Notes under the pieces: model-generated | The model's input: only the letters and a program-made list of their open reading frames with translations | What the model was told of the DNA's origin: nothing | Database searches by the model: none | Shown: positions 21,546 to 30,691 of the stretch, piece by piece | Layout of the letters: each line of letters begins with the position of its first letter | How positions within the stretch are numbered: the stretch's first letter is position 1 | Source: Candidatus Cloacimonadales bacterium | GTDB taxonomy: Bacteria; Cloacimonadota; Cloacimonadia; Cloacimonadales; TCS61 | Length of the DNA stretch: 61,737 nucleotides | Assembly: GCA_030656075.1 (NCBI GenBank) | Contig: JAUSOT010000147.1 | Coordinates: forward strand, 1 to 61,737 | Direction: 5' to 3' | Made by a program: the position numbers and the translations under genes

Positions 21546-21977
21546 ATGGAAAGTAAAGTTACCTCAAAAGTTAAAGATGGCGTTATCAAAGCCTTCCACG
21601 CAGGAGAAGACGTTGTAAAAGCTGTCGGCAATGTAACCAAAGAAATCATTTCTACAGCCAAAGCTGAAGATATGAATACAAAAGAAAAAGCTCAGAAACT
21701 GGCTAAAGATGCATTCCAGGGCGCCAAAGACGGCTATACGAAAGTTCAGCCTTCGGTAGAAGATTTTGCCAAAAAAGCTTCTAAAATCATTTTCGATACT
21801 TTCAAAACTTATGCGCCGAAAGTTGCTCATTTCACCAAAGATGTGTTTGAAGGCATCGTGGATGGAGCCAAAGAAGTGATCGATGAAAAGAAAAAATCCT
21901 GCTGCGATGAAGGCAAACCTTGTTGTGAAGACAAAAAAGAAGATAAGAAAACCCCCTGCTGCGGCGATAAAGAATAA
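21546..21977 (+). CDS. Hypothetical lysine-rich helical protein with C-terminal CC-X5-CC-X10-CC tail
   Basis: RBS aaggaggg before ATG 21546. No recognisable family. The tail reads SCCDEGKPCCEDKKEDKKTPCCGDKE. Confidence 0.5.
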   Translation: MESKVTSKVKDGVIKAFHAGEDVVKAVGNVTKEIISTAKAEDMNTKEKAQKLAKDAFQGAKDGYTKVQPSVEDFAKKASKIIFDTFKTYAPKVAHFTKDVFEGIVDGAKEVIDEKKKSCCDEGKPCCEDKKEDKKTPCCGDKE

Positions 21978-22003
21978 ACTTCTTCTTTAACTGATTTTTT
22001 TTT

Positions 22004-22038
22004 AAGCTCTTTTTCAACTTTGGAAGAGAGCTTTTATT
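22004..22038. terminator. Putative bidirectional terminator between convergent genes
   Basis: aagctct-N16-agagctt stem followed by ttttatt. It is preceded by a T-run, so it could work in both directions. Confidence 0.4.
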
Positions 22039-22106
22039 GTGTCTCAGACACTCTTGTCTGAGTCTTTGAGCTATTCGAGAATAACACACCCCGCTCAAGA
22101 GGGGAA

Positions 22107-23117
22107 TCATTTCAGCAATAAACACTTCCTGCTCACAACTACATCGCCAGCTTTCAAGCGATAAAGATAAATCCCTGATGAAACAGGATTGCCATTGTCA
22201 TCATCACCGTTCCAGGTGACGGAATAATAATTGTTCCCCGCTCGTGTCATCCTGAGCGGAGTCGAAGGATCACTGTTTTTGAATGTTCCCCGTACTTCGA
22301 CGCAGCTCAGGATGACAGGTAACATTCTCACTTTCTGACCTTTCAGATTGTAGATTTCAATTCGTGCAGATTCGCGCAAATTCGTGGTTTCAAAACTGAT
22401 CATTGTCGATGGATTGAAAGGGTTGGGATAATTGGATAATTTTATCTCATTTTCAGGGATTTCATTCCCAGCACTCAATGGAATATTCCTGCGCAACACA
22501 TAACCCTGATTGATAATATCCTGTAAAAGATCGTATTCATATTGCAGTACTCTGTTGTAAGTTCCCGAAGTCGCTTCGACGGTGATCACGTTATTGTCCT
22601 CTCCCCATTCGTAAAACAGACGTGCGTGAACTCCGGATTTCACGAAACAATCTCCCGGCTGCAGTTCTTCTACTGTAACTTCCTGGTAATTATTAGCAAT
22701 ATAAGTGCAATTGAAATACATCAGCAGCGTGTATTCATCTATTTCCCAGCAGCGTCCTACAAAACCCGAACAATCGATGCCGGCTGCCCAACCGAGCGAA
22801 CCGGGATAATGAACAGAATGTCCTCCAGGTCCGTAAACGCCATTCACATAATCTTCAGTCCATTCGTCAAAATCATCGCGACCGCCGTACTGGTATGGCA
22901 TCCCAATGGTGTATTCGCCGATCTGATCGACCCAGTCGCAGGGGTATTCATCGGTGTAACCTTGCTGCGGATCACCACTGGTAGTGTAATTTCCCAGAAT
23001 GTTATCGGATTCCACATACCAGATCAAATCACGATAATTTTCGGCAATTTCGAGAGGATCAGCCTGTAAAAGCAGAAAGCAGAAAGCAAAAAGCAGAAAA
23101 ACTAAATGACGCATCAT
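22107..23117 (-). CDS. Secreted NlpC/P60-family cysteine peptidase with T9SS C-terminal sorting domain
   Basis: Signal peptide MMRHLVFLLFAFCFLLLQA. Catalytic-Cys motif GIDCSGFVGRCW. C-terminal NYPNPFNPSTMISF...SGIYLYRLKA. ATGA overlap with the upstream gene sets the start at 23117. Confidence 0.72.
   Translation of the reverse strand: MMRHLVFLLFAFCFLLLQADPLEIAENYRDLIWYVESDNILGNYTTSGDPQQGYTDEYPCDWVDQIGEYTIGMPYQYGGRDDFDEWTEDYVNGVYGPGGHSVHYPGSLGWAAGIDCSGFVGRCWEIDEYTLLMYFNCTYIANNYQEVTVEELQPGDCFVKSGVHARLFYEWGEDNNVITVEATSGTYNRVLQYEYDLLQDIINQGYVLRRNIPLSAGNEIPENEIKLSNYPNPFNPSTMISFETTNLRESARIEIYNLKGQKVRMLPVILSCVEVRGTFKNSDPSTPLRMTRAGNNYYSVTWNGDDDNGNPVSSGIYLYRLKAGDVVVSRKCLLLK
22246..22316. repeat. 71-bp palindromic element embedded in frame in the T9SS C-terminal domain
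   Basis: gtcatcctgagc...gtcgaag...cttcgac...gctcaggatgac. Outer arms are 12/12 complementary. The same family occurs intergenically near 39726 and 56201. It encodes VILSCVEVRGTFKNSDPSTPLRMT. Confidence 0.85.
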
Positions 23118-24004
23118 TCTACTCTCGTCCATTGGCGGATTTCTATCTTATCCGGCATCGGAATCATCTGGTAGATTGCACCATTCAAGGTTACGACATT
23201 TGAAATTCCTCTGGCAAAATCCAAACCGAATTTCGTGTAATGCGGAAAGACTACATTAGTCTCTATAACTTCACCGGAACCGGAAATTATTCCCAGACTG
23301 GAATCTTGCCTTGGTTCTGAATAAATATTGAAGTAAAGATTTCCAATTTGATCAAATCCGAAAAGTGTGTACCCGATATCATTCGGCCAGATTTCGTTTA
23401 AATCTAATGCGATATTTTCTTCCGGAATAAGAACTTTTTGCCTTCCTTCTCTAACATTAAAATCCAAAAGGCAGTTATTCATTAAAACACCGTCAGTCGT
23501 TGAAAGTTCATTCCCATGAAAATTGAATTCCAGGAAGTTATTATTTCCCAGATTCAAACCGACCTTGCCATTTTGATTTACTGCCAGACTGTTCTTGCGA
23601 TTCTCGATTTGATGAGTATCGATCAGTTGGCAATTATCATCAAATCTTCTTAAATACACATTATTCTGATGATCTCCGCAAATTGTCCAGATCTGGTTTT
23701 GCTGAACTACAAAGGAAACGATCTGAATATCGGCTGCTCGTGTAGAACAAACAAATTCGCCAATTTCAGCAAATTTCTTAATCTGGTATCTATCTAAAAT
23801 ATAAATGCTTCCTTTTTCATCTATTTGAAAAACTATCGGACCTTCATCGGGTACGTCTATCAAATTATCGGGAGCATCAAAAACATAAATCTCATTTTTA
23901 CCATTTCCGGTGGGAAGTTCAATCGTCTGCATCTCAAAAATCCAGTTTTCAGCAAAAATAAAAGCAGCTATCAAAACGAAAAATACAAGAAAAACTTTCT
24001 TCAT
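23114..24004 (-). CDS. Hypothetical secreted protein (beta-rich), co-transcribed with the NlpC/P60 gene
   Basis: Start placed at MKKVFLVFFVLIAAFIFA (ATG 24004), a clear signal peptide. No recognisable family. Stop overlaps the downstream start (ATGA). Confidence 0.55.
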   Translation of the reverse strand: MKKVFLVFFVLIAAFIFAENWIFEMQTIELPTGNGKNEIYVFDAPDNLIDVPDEGPIVFQIDEKGSIYILDRYQIKKFAEIGEFVCSTRAADIQIVSFVVQQNQIWTICGDHQNNVYLRRFDDNCQLIDTHQIENRKNSLAVNQNGKVGLNLGNNNFLEFNFHGNELSTTDGVLMNNCLLDFNVREGRQKVLIPEENIALDLNEIWPNDIGYTLFGFDQIGNLYFNIYSEPRQDSSLGIISGSGEVIETNVVFPHYTKFGLDFARGISNVVTLNGAIYQMIPMPDKIEIRQWTRVE

Positions 24005-24304
24005 AACGCAATCCTCCACCAAGAATAAATTTAAATCATTACTGAAATTAGAAATGACTGAAGTTGTGTCAAAATAAATCTTTGTTTGAAACTTGCCGCA
24101 ATGCCATTCGGATCGTTCAACCATCTTGGTTGAATGAACATTTAATCAAGACCATCCTTAGTCTTGAAAGTACACCAAGATTGTGTATTAACCTCTGGTT
24201 CAACCTGGAAGATTGAATCGGCAATTTTTCTTCATTCATAGAATATATTTGACTTCAATCTCAATAAAAACTTTTCTCGATTCGTGATCTGAAAGGAGGA
24301 AATT

Positions 24305-25126
24305 ATGGCAAAGAAAGAAGCAAAACTTAGAAATCTGATGATGCTCAAAATTCCTCTAACTGAAGCAGAAAAAATACTGGAGAAACAGATTAAAAAAGGA
24401 AATGGCCTGCTGAAAGATCCCGTCAAAACGAGCGTATCATTGAAAATTGCTGAGAAATTATATAATCATTGGAACGGCGAAAATTATGATATCCTCAAAA
24501 AAATCTTCCAATACACCAACATTGCGCAGGATTATTCTATTTCCACCTGGTCGATCGGCGGCATCCTGATAAGCGACCTGAAATTAACCGAGAAAATCGA
24601 AAAACTGCATTCCAATATTCATGATAAAATTGCCAAACTTGAATCTATCACCGCCGGATTATTGCTGCTGGACGATGAAGCAAAGGTAAAAGCCGAATCT
24701 CAAAAAGTGTTCTTCGTGCACGGCACGGATTGCGACACTTCTGCCGGTGTTTTGGATTTTCTGAACGAACTGGGATTGGAACCGATCATCATAAAAGACC
24801 TGGCTCTGGCCGGAAAAACCATTATAGATGAAATCCAGAAAAGATCGGAGGTGAAATATGCCATAGGCCTGCTGACCCCGGACAATCTGGGCGGCACTCA
24901 TGCCAATGAACTCAATTTCCGAGCCGATCAAAACGTTCTCCTGGAATTGGGAATTTTTATTGGAAAACTAGGCCGAGAAAATGTGAGCACTCTCTTTGTG
25001 GAAGGTGTGGAATTGCCCGAGGATTTTCACGGATACGAATATATCGAAATCGACCGATCAGATGAATGGAAGACATCTCTTATAGAAGAACTGCAGGCAG
25101 CCGGATTCGAATTAGGAATATCATGA
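24305..25126 (+). CDS. TIR-like domain protein (PF10137 / Cap12-PycTIR-type predicted nucleotide-binding NADase-like domain) with unknown helical N-terminal domain
   Basis: C-terminal about 135 aa follow the PF10137 pattern: KVFFVHGTD, GLEPIIIKD..AGKTIIDEI, YAIGLLTPDNLGG, RADQNVLLELGIFIGKLGRENV, VELPEDFHGYEYIEID. RBS aaaggagg. Confidence 0.7.
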   Translation: MAKKEAKLRNLMMLKIPLTEAEKILEKQIKKGNGLLKDPVKTSVSLKIAEKLYNHWNGENYDILKKIFQYTNIAQDYSISTWSIGGILISDLKLTEKIEKLHSNIHDKIAKLESITAGLLLLDDEAKVKAESQKVFFVHGTDCDTSAGVLDFLNELGLEPIIIKDLALAGKTIIDEIQKRSEVKYAIGLLTPDNLGGTHANELNFRADQNVLLELGIFIGKLGRENVSTLFVEGVELPEDFHGYEYIEIDRSDEWKTSLIEELQAAGFELGIS

Positions 25127-26211
25127 AAATCGTTCGTCCAACTTTACTTTTGGATAAACAGAGATGCTTGAAAAACATCGAGCAGATGTCTGAAAAAGCG
25201 AAGCGAAATGAACTGATCTTTCGTCCTCATTTCAAGACGCATCAATCTATTCAGATCGGAAATTGGTTTCGTGATTTTGGTGTAAAACAGATCACGGTTT
25301 CCTCGGTGCAGATGGCACAGTATTTTGCAGCCGCAGGTTGGAAAGATATCACAATCGCTTTCCCATTCAATCAACTGGAAATAGAAGATATCAACAAATT
25401 AGCAGAGAAAATAAATTTAAATATTCTGCTCATTCATCCTGAATCGGCTGTTTTTCTGGAAAAACAGTTGAAGCATGAAGTTGGTGTTTTAATCAAAATC
25501 GATTGCGGCTATCACCGCAGCGGAATATTAGCTGAGAACACCAATGAAATAGACGAACTGGTGAACGCAATCTCACAAGTTGGAAAGCTGAATTTAAAAG
25601 GTTTTCTCACCCATTCCGGTGAGACATATCACGCCTATTCTCCCAAGCAGATCCATGCTATTCATGAAATGACGAAATATATCCTGAAACTCTTGAAAGA
25701 ACGCTATCTCTCACAGTTTCCGAATTTGATAATTTCTATCGGCGATACACCTTCCTGCAGTTTGGAAGATAATTTTTCTGGAATCGATGAGATCCGTCCC
25801 GGCAATTTTGTGTTCTATGATGTGATGCAGCTTAAACTTGGAGTTTGTTTTGCTGAGCAGATTGCAGTTGCCGTTGCCTGCCCTGTTGTTTCCAAAAACA
25901 AAAAGCGGAATGAAATCACCATCTACGGTGGTGGTGTGCATCTTTCCAAAGAATTCCTGTTAAGCCGGGATAGAATCCAAAAATTTGGGCTGGTGGTGGA
26001 ACTGTCTGAAAATGGCTGGTCTGCCCCGCTGGATGGAATGTATGTTTCGTCTCTTTCTCAGGAACATGGCACGATCAAAGTTCCTTTTGGAAAGCTTGAT
26101 CAATTCCAGATTGGTGATGTGATCGGAATTTTGCCTATTCATTCCTGTATGACTGCGAACTCGATGGGTGAGTATCTGACACTGGATGGAGAGGTACTGG
26201 AGCATTTGTAA
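25123..26211 (+). CDS. D-TA family PLP-dependent enzyme (D-threonine aldolase / D-serine dehydratase-like, alanine racemase N-terminal fold)
   Basis: PTLLLD...RPHFKTHQS (PLP lysine context). C-terminal HGTIK...GDVIGILPIHSCMTAN. Start at ATG 25123 in an ATGA overlap with the TIR-like gene. Confidence 0.75.
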   Translation: MKIVRPTLLLDKQRCLKNIEQMSEKAKRNELIFRPHFKTHQSIQIGNWFRDFGVKQITVSSVQMAQYFAAAGWKDITIAFPFNQLEIEDINKLAEKINLNILLIHPESAVFLEKQLKHEVGVLIKIDCGYHRSGILAENTNEIDELVNAISQVGKLNLKGFLTHSGETYHAYSPKQIHAIHEMTKYILKLLKERYLSQFPNLIISIGDTPSCSLEDNFSGIDEIRPGNFVFYDVMQLKLGVCFAEQIAVAVACPVVSKNKKRNEITIYGGGVHLSKEFLLSRDRIQKFGLVVELSENGWSAPLDGMYVSSLSQEHGTIKVPFGKLDQFQIGDVIGILPIHSCMTANSMGEYLTLDGEVLEHL

Positions 26212-26633
26212 TTTTCCTCACTACTTTCCGAAGCTTCACACAAAGGCTGTCTTGCAGATAAGATTCGGAAAGTTCAATAAAAGAAGTTATGCTGCAAGAA
26301 ATTACAGTAGATTCTTCGGGAGTTAAGCTACAAGAATCCTCAGAAAGACTGATTTTATGCGCCGAAAGATTTTCTTTGGTTCGTTTCTGTTTATTCTACG
26401 GGTTTCACCCGTAGTTATTCACATATAACTCCTGCGGAGTATTAATCACAATTTTGCTGATAGTCAATAATCCCGAAGGGATTGAACATGAATAACCGTA
26501 GATGTAATCTACGGTTATAGACACCACGATCCGGAACCCTGAAAGGGTTCAAAATAAAAACGAATCGGGAAATGTTGGTAATTTAAATAAAATCCGGCAA
26601 ATCCCATTAATCCTATTCATCCTGCTTCAAAAA

Positions 26634-26679
26634 TGAGTCTCATTCTCAAATTCACCTTGACACTGAGAATGCAATATCA
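26634..26679 (+). promoter_or_regulatory. Putative Fur operator pair around the fur promoter
   Basis: tgagtctcattctca (26634..26648; reverse complement tgagaatgagactca). ttgaca at 26657..26662. tgagaatgcaatatca at 26664..26679. The TGAGAATG-type half-site recurs at 27297 and 30644. Confidence 0.4.
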
Positions 26680-26714
26680 TTTTCTGCCGAAAGTTTAAAA
26701 ATTAAGGAGTTGAA

Positions 26715-27152
26715 ATGGAAGAACATAAACAATTATTCAGCGATTTCCTGAAGACAAAAGGACTGAAACTTACCGGTCCCCGCCAAATAATCCTTAATAC
26801 GATCTTTACATACCACCGCCATTTCAATGTAGATGCCCTTTATGATGTGATCCGCAAAGATCACCAGAACGTTTCGCGAGCCACTATTTATCGAACTATG
26901 CCGCTTCTGGTTGAATCCGGTTTGATCAAGCAATCTCTGCGCTGCCAATCCAAAGATCATTACGAGCACATCCACGGCCACGACGATCACCTGCACTTTC
27001 TCTGTATCAAATGCGGTAATATCATTGAAGTTAAAAGTAAAGTGATTGACGAAACTCTGGTTCAGTTGGCAGAAGAAAAGAAATTCATCCTGAACGATTA
27101 TAATCTTGGTGCCAAAGGTGTTTGCGAAGCCTGCAGCAAAAAGAAAGAATAA
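26715..27152 (+). CDS. fur: Fur family transcriptional regulator
   Basis: Winged helix (LTGPRQIIL...HFNVDALYD...VSRATIYRTM). Metal sites HGHDDHLHFLCIKCG and a C-terminal CEAC. Confidence 0.85.
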   Translation: MEEHKQLFSDFLKTKGLKLTGPRQIILNTIFTYHRHFNVDALYDVIRKDHQNVSRATIYRTMPLLVESGLIKQSLRCQSKDHYEHIHGHDDHLHFLCIKCGNIIEVKSKVIDETLVQLAEEKKFILNDYNLGAKGVCEACSKKKE

Positions 27153-27206
27153 TCGTCTTATGGAATTGCACTTTTTTTTTCTTGAAAAAAACCTCATCGA
27201 GGAACA

Positions 27207-27272
27207 ATGAAACAATTGAAAAAAGAATTTAACGTTGGAGCAAAAGGAGTATGTAAAAAATGCAGGAAATAA
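27207..27272 (+). pseudogene. Remnant of the 3' end of a second fur-like gene
   Basis: The 21-codon ORF MKQLKKEFNVGAKGVCKKCRK mirrors the Fur C-terminus ..NDYNLGAKGVCEACSKKKE just upstream, but uses AT-richer synonymous codons. Confidence 0.4.
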
Positions 27273-27296
27273 AGGTAAAAAAATTTATTTATCTAT

Positions 27297-27311
27297 TGAG
27301 AATGAATATCA
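27297..27311 (+). promoter_or_regulatory. Putative Fur box upstream of feoA
   Basis: tgagaatgaatatca, 22 bp before the feoA start. Same motif as 26664..26679. Confidence 0.4.
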
Positions 27312-27332
27312 AATGCAATTAAAGGAGAATTT

Positions 27333-27560
27333 ATGAAACTTAAAGACATTGAAGTAGGTTCAAATGTTAAAGTAATCGGCTATGCTACAAAAGACAGACA
27401 TTACAGGGAAAAACTTCTCAGAATGGGATTGGTCAAAGGAACTGAATTTTCTATTACCAGAAAAGCACCGCTGGGTGATCCGATAGAAATTAAACTAAAA
27501 GGATTTAATCTAACCTTGAGAAAAACAGAAGCTGATGCTCTGGAAGTAGAGGAAATTTAA
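27333..27560 (+). CDS. feoA: Ferrous iron transport protein A
   Basis: 75-aa SH3-like FeoA (GSNVKVIGY...LLRMGLVKGTEFSITRKAPLGDPIEIKL) immediately upstream of feoB. Confidence 0.88.
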   Translation: MKLKDIEVGSNVKVIGYATKDRHYREKLLRMGLVKGTEFSITRKAPLGDPIEIKLKGFNLTLRKTEADALEVEEI

Positions 27561-27561
27561 G

Positions 27562-29847
27562 ATGAAAAAGATCACAATCGCTTTAGCAGGAAATCCAAAC
27601 TGCGGAAAAACCACACTTTTTAATGCTCTCACAGCTTCAACTCAAAGAGTGGGAAACTGGCCCGGTGTAACTGTGGAACGAATCGAGGGAGAATATAAGT
27701 ATAAAGACCATAAAATTGAAGTTATAGATCTACCGGGAATTTATTCGTTCTCTGCTTATTCTTTGGATGAGAAAATCGCCCGTGAATATATCCTTATGGA
27801 TAAACCTGACCTTGTCGTAAATATTGTTGATGGAACCAATCTGGAAAGGAACCTCTATATCACCACCCAACTTCTGGAAATGAAAATTCCGGTTGTGGTT
27901 GCTTTGAATATGATGGATATTGCCAAACAACGAAAGATCCATATTGAAATTGAACATCTTACCACCCACCTGGGATGTCCGGTAATTCCAATGGTGGCAA
28001 GCAAAAAGCAAGGGCTGGAAGAACTTAAAGACACAATAAATATTACTGCAGAGAAACACGAAATTTCCCAAACTCAGGTTCTGTACGATTCTGTTATTGA
28101 AGAAGCTCTCACGAGAATTGTGGAAAAAGCTGCTTCCTTTGCTGAAGAACATAAAGTTGATGCTCGCTGGCTATCGATAAAACTTCTGGAAGCGGATGAA
28201 CTTGCAATTCAGATGACAAACAATAAATTAGAAGAATTAATTTCCTTAGAAAGTGCAAAAATTGAAAAACATGTTGGTGATGAAATTGATATCATAATTG
28301 CAGACGGGCGTTACGGTTTCATTCACGGATTATCCCGCGATGTTGTTCATCGTCATGACCAGATCAGGAAAACCGTTTCCGATAATATCGATAAAGTCGT
28401 CCTGAATCGCTTTCTGGGAATTCCCATCTTCTTCGGTGTTATGTATCTGATGTTTATGCTCACTATCAATGTGGGAGCACCGTTCATAGACTTTTTCGAT
28501 ATTTTTATGGGAACTATCTTCGTCGATGGATTGGGAAGTCTTCTGACTTCACTTAATTTACCAAGCTGGTTAATAACTTTTCTTTCGGCAGGTATTGGTG
28601 GAGGTATTCAAACTGTTGCTACTTTTATTCCTCCCATTTTCTTTATGTTCCTTTCACTTTCCATTTTGGAAGATTCCGGTTATATGAGCCGTGCTGCTTT
28701 TGTGATGGACAGGTTTATGCGCTTTATCGGTCTGCCCGGAAAGGCATTCATCCCGATGCTGGTTGGATTTGGCTGCAATGTGCCGGCAATTATGGCAACC
28801 AGAACGCTGGAAAATAGCCGAGACAGGATCCTGACGATTCTTATAAATCCTTTTATGTCCTGCGGAGCGAGATTGCCTGTTTATATTCTTTTTGCCAGCG
28901 TTTTTTTCCCGAGAAATGGCGGACTCGTAGTTTTTACAATATATTTCATAGGAATTATACTCGCTATTATTTCCGGTTTATTATTCAAGAAAACTATTTT
29001 AAAAGGTGAAAGCTCTACTTTTGTGATGGAACTTCCACCCTATCATATTCCAACAATTAACGGAATTATGCTCCACACCTGGCAGAGATTGAAAACATTT
29101 CTTCTAAGAGCCGGGAAAGTAATCATCATCGTGGTTATCGTTCTCAGTTTCCTGAATTCTATTGGAACAGACGGCAGCTTTGGTAACGAGGATTCGGAAA
29201 ATTCCATACTCAGCAGTATCGGGAAAAGCATTACTCCGATTTTTAAACCTATGGGAATTTCAAGCGAAAATTGGCCGGCAACAGTTGGTCTCTTCACGGG
29301 AATTTTCGCTAAAGAAGCAGTTGTGGGAACTCTGGATGCACTCTATTCACAATTAGATGAAACCGGAGAAGCAGAAGAAGAATTTGATTTCTGGGGAGGA
29401 ATTGTTGAATCTTTCAAAGCAATTCCGGAAGGATTCAAAGGATTTGAAGAAACTGCAGCAGACCCGATGGGTTTATCTGTGGAAACTTCCGACCAGGAAA
29501 TCGTAGAGGAAGAACTTGAAGTCAATGCTCAAATTTTTTCTGAAATGAGTTCACGCTTTGGTGGAAAAAACAATGCCTTTGCTTACCTTTTATTCATTCT
29601 TATTTATGTTCCCTGCGTAGCTGCAATTGCTGTTATTTATCGCGAAACAAATCTTAAATGGACAATTTTTTCCAGCCTTTATCTCACTTTTCTCGCCTGG
29701 TTAATTTCAACATTATTTTACCAGGTCAGCATATTCATAGTTCAACCTTCTGTTTCAACGATGTGGATAGCGATTATAATTGCTATTTTCATTATATTTT
29801 ATAATGGAATGAAAAGTGTCTCAAAAAGAAAGACCTTCAGCAGTTAG
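27562..29847 (+). CDS. feoB: Ferrous iron transport protein B (full length: G domain + helical domain + permease)
   Basis: G1 [13 protein letters not shown]3 DLPG, G4 NMMD. Permease blocks [20 protein letters not shown] and [16 protein letters not shown]. Confidence 0.96.
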   Translation: MKKITIALAGNPNCGKTTLFNALTASTQRVGNWPGVTVERIEGEYKYKDHKIEVIDLPGIYSFSAYSLDEKIAREYILMDKPDLVVNIVDGTNLERNLYITTQLLEMKIPVVVALNMMDIAKQRKIHIEIEHLTTHLGCPVIPMVASKKQGLEELKDTINITAEKHEISQTQVLYDSVIEEALTRIVEKAASFAEEHKVDARWLSIKLLEADELAIQMTNNKLEELISLESAKIEKHVGDEIDIIIADGRYGFIHGLSRDVVHRHDQIRKTVSDNIDKVVLNRFLGIPIFFGVMYLMFMLTINVGAPFIDFFDIFMGTIFVDGLGSLLTSLNLPSWLITFLSAGIGGGIQTVATFIPPIFFMFLSLSILEDSGYMSRAAFVMDRFMRFIGLPGKAFIPMLVGFGCNVPAIMATRTLENSRDRILTILINPFMSCGARLPVYILFASVFFPRNGGLVVFTIYFIGIILAIISGLLFKKTILKGESSTFVMELPPYHIPTINGIMLHTWQRLKTFLLRAGKVIIIVVIVLSFLNSIGTDGSFGNEDSENSILSSIGKSITPIFKPMGISSENWPATVGLFTGIFAKEAVVGTLDALYSQLDETGEAEEEFDFWGGIVESFKAIPEGFKGFEETAADPMGLSVETSDQEIVEEELEVNAQIFSEMSSRFGGKNNAFAYLLFILIYVPCVAAIAVIYRETNLKWTIFSSLYLTFLAWLISTLFYQVSIFIVQPSVSTMWIAIIIAIFIIFYNGMKSVSKRKTFSS

Positions 29848-29856
29848 GGACAAAAA

Positions 29857-30570
29857 ATGAAAAACATCGGTTTACAGACGATTATATACACATTATTATT
29901 CTTCGGATTTACTTATATGCTGCTGGTTTTTACGAGTCGAGCTGGGAATATTCCTTATTTTTTAGCAGGTTTCATTCTGCTTTTTGTTGGAGTAATTCTG
30001 TTTCTTAAATCACAAAAGAATACTCAGATGTTTCAATCCCCGATTAAATCGGGGACCCTGTTGAATCATCCTGTTAATAATAACACCGCCACAGTGTTGG
30101 ATGAAAAAAAGGTTTTCTACTCCAATCTCCTGGCGATCATCAGTGGAATTTCTCTCTGGGGATTTTTCGGTGAATTTTTGGAAAATGCTGATTTATTCAT
30201 CAAAGATGCAACTGTAGAAATTGCCCATTGGAATTTCCTGCCGGTCATGATCTTAATGATCTTTCTATTCCTGAATGTAAGAAAGCACTTTCCGGTTCCT
30301 GTTCAATTCTCCCTTTCCAGTTTCCTGCTCATCTGGTCGATGCATTACATAATGATCTTCCAATATGAAGTGCTATCAAGGACGCATTTCACAACTTATA
30401 TTATGTGCGGGATTTTCTTAATTTTAACAGGTCTTTCTATTTATAAAGCGAGAAAAGGTAAGCAAATCAATTCTATTATGTTTTGGTCGTATTTCGGGCT
30501 TTTATGTGTCTGGAGCGTTCTGGAATATATCTGGGGCTGGAGATTGATCCCGGGACCTTATACGATTTAA
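29857..30570 (+). CDS. Hypothetical polytopic membrane protein
   Basis: About 6 hydrophobic helices and no recognisable family. It carries an in-frame repeat-element insertion in the first loop. Confidence 0.5.
   Translation: MKNIGLQTIIYTLLFFGFTYMLLVFTSRAGNIPYFLAGFILLFVGVILFLKSQKNTQMFQSPIKSGTLLNHPVNNNTATVLDEKKVFYSNLLAIISGISLWGFFGEFLENADLFIKDATVEIAHWNFLPVMILMIFLFLNVRKHFPVPVQFSLSSFLLIWSMHYIMIFQYEVLSRTHFTTYIMCGIFLILTGLSIYKARKGKQINSIMFWSYFGLLCVWSVLEYIWGWRLIPGPYTI
30032..30069. repeat. Copy of the tccccgattaaatcgggga hairpin element inside a coding sequence
   Basis: ttcaatccccgattaaatcgggga..ttgaatcat matches the core of the 122-bp units at 11990 and 12199. It is translated as QSPIKSGTLLNH. Confidence 0.85.
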
Positions 30571-30643
30571 AAAGAAATCACAATGAAAGAAAAAAGGAGT
30601 TGCGATGGATATTTAATTTAAGGTTATTTTTTTTTTCATCATT

Positions 30644-30658
30644 TGAGAATGCGTCTCA
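30644..30658 (+). promoter_or_regulatory. Putative Fur box upstream of the porin gene
   Basis: tgaga-atgcg-tctca, a perfect 5-5-5 palindrome sharing TGAGAATG with the fur and feoA sites, 34 bp before the start codon. Confidence 0.35.
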
Positions 30659-30691
30659 ATCACAAAAAAATAAGTAATAGGAGAAAAAATT

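Noticed and set aside
25066-25122. Upstream-extended starts offered by the ORF track: 25066, and likewise 1892, 15016, 21522, 24124, 31677, 42275, 48374, 52043 and 56303.
   Set aside because: In each case an internal ATG is preceded by a purine-rich RBS, gives a family-typical N-terminus or signal peptide, and removes implausible overlap with the upstream gene or repeat DNA.
26212-26714. 500-bp ORF-free region upstream of fur as a candidate ncRNA gene or riboswitch.
   Set aside because: It resolves into a string of independent short hairpins of the repeat families (ctacgggtttcacccgtag, aaccgtagatgtaatctacggtt, aatcccgaagggatt, ggaaccctgaaagggttc). No conserved ncRNA core motifs (RNase P GAGGAAAGUCC, tmRNA tag or CCA end, SRP) were seen.
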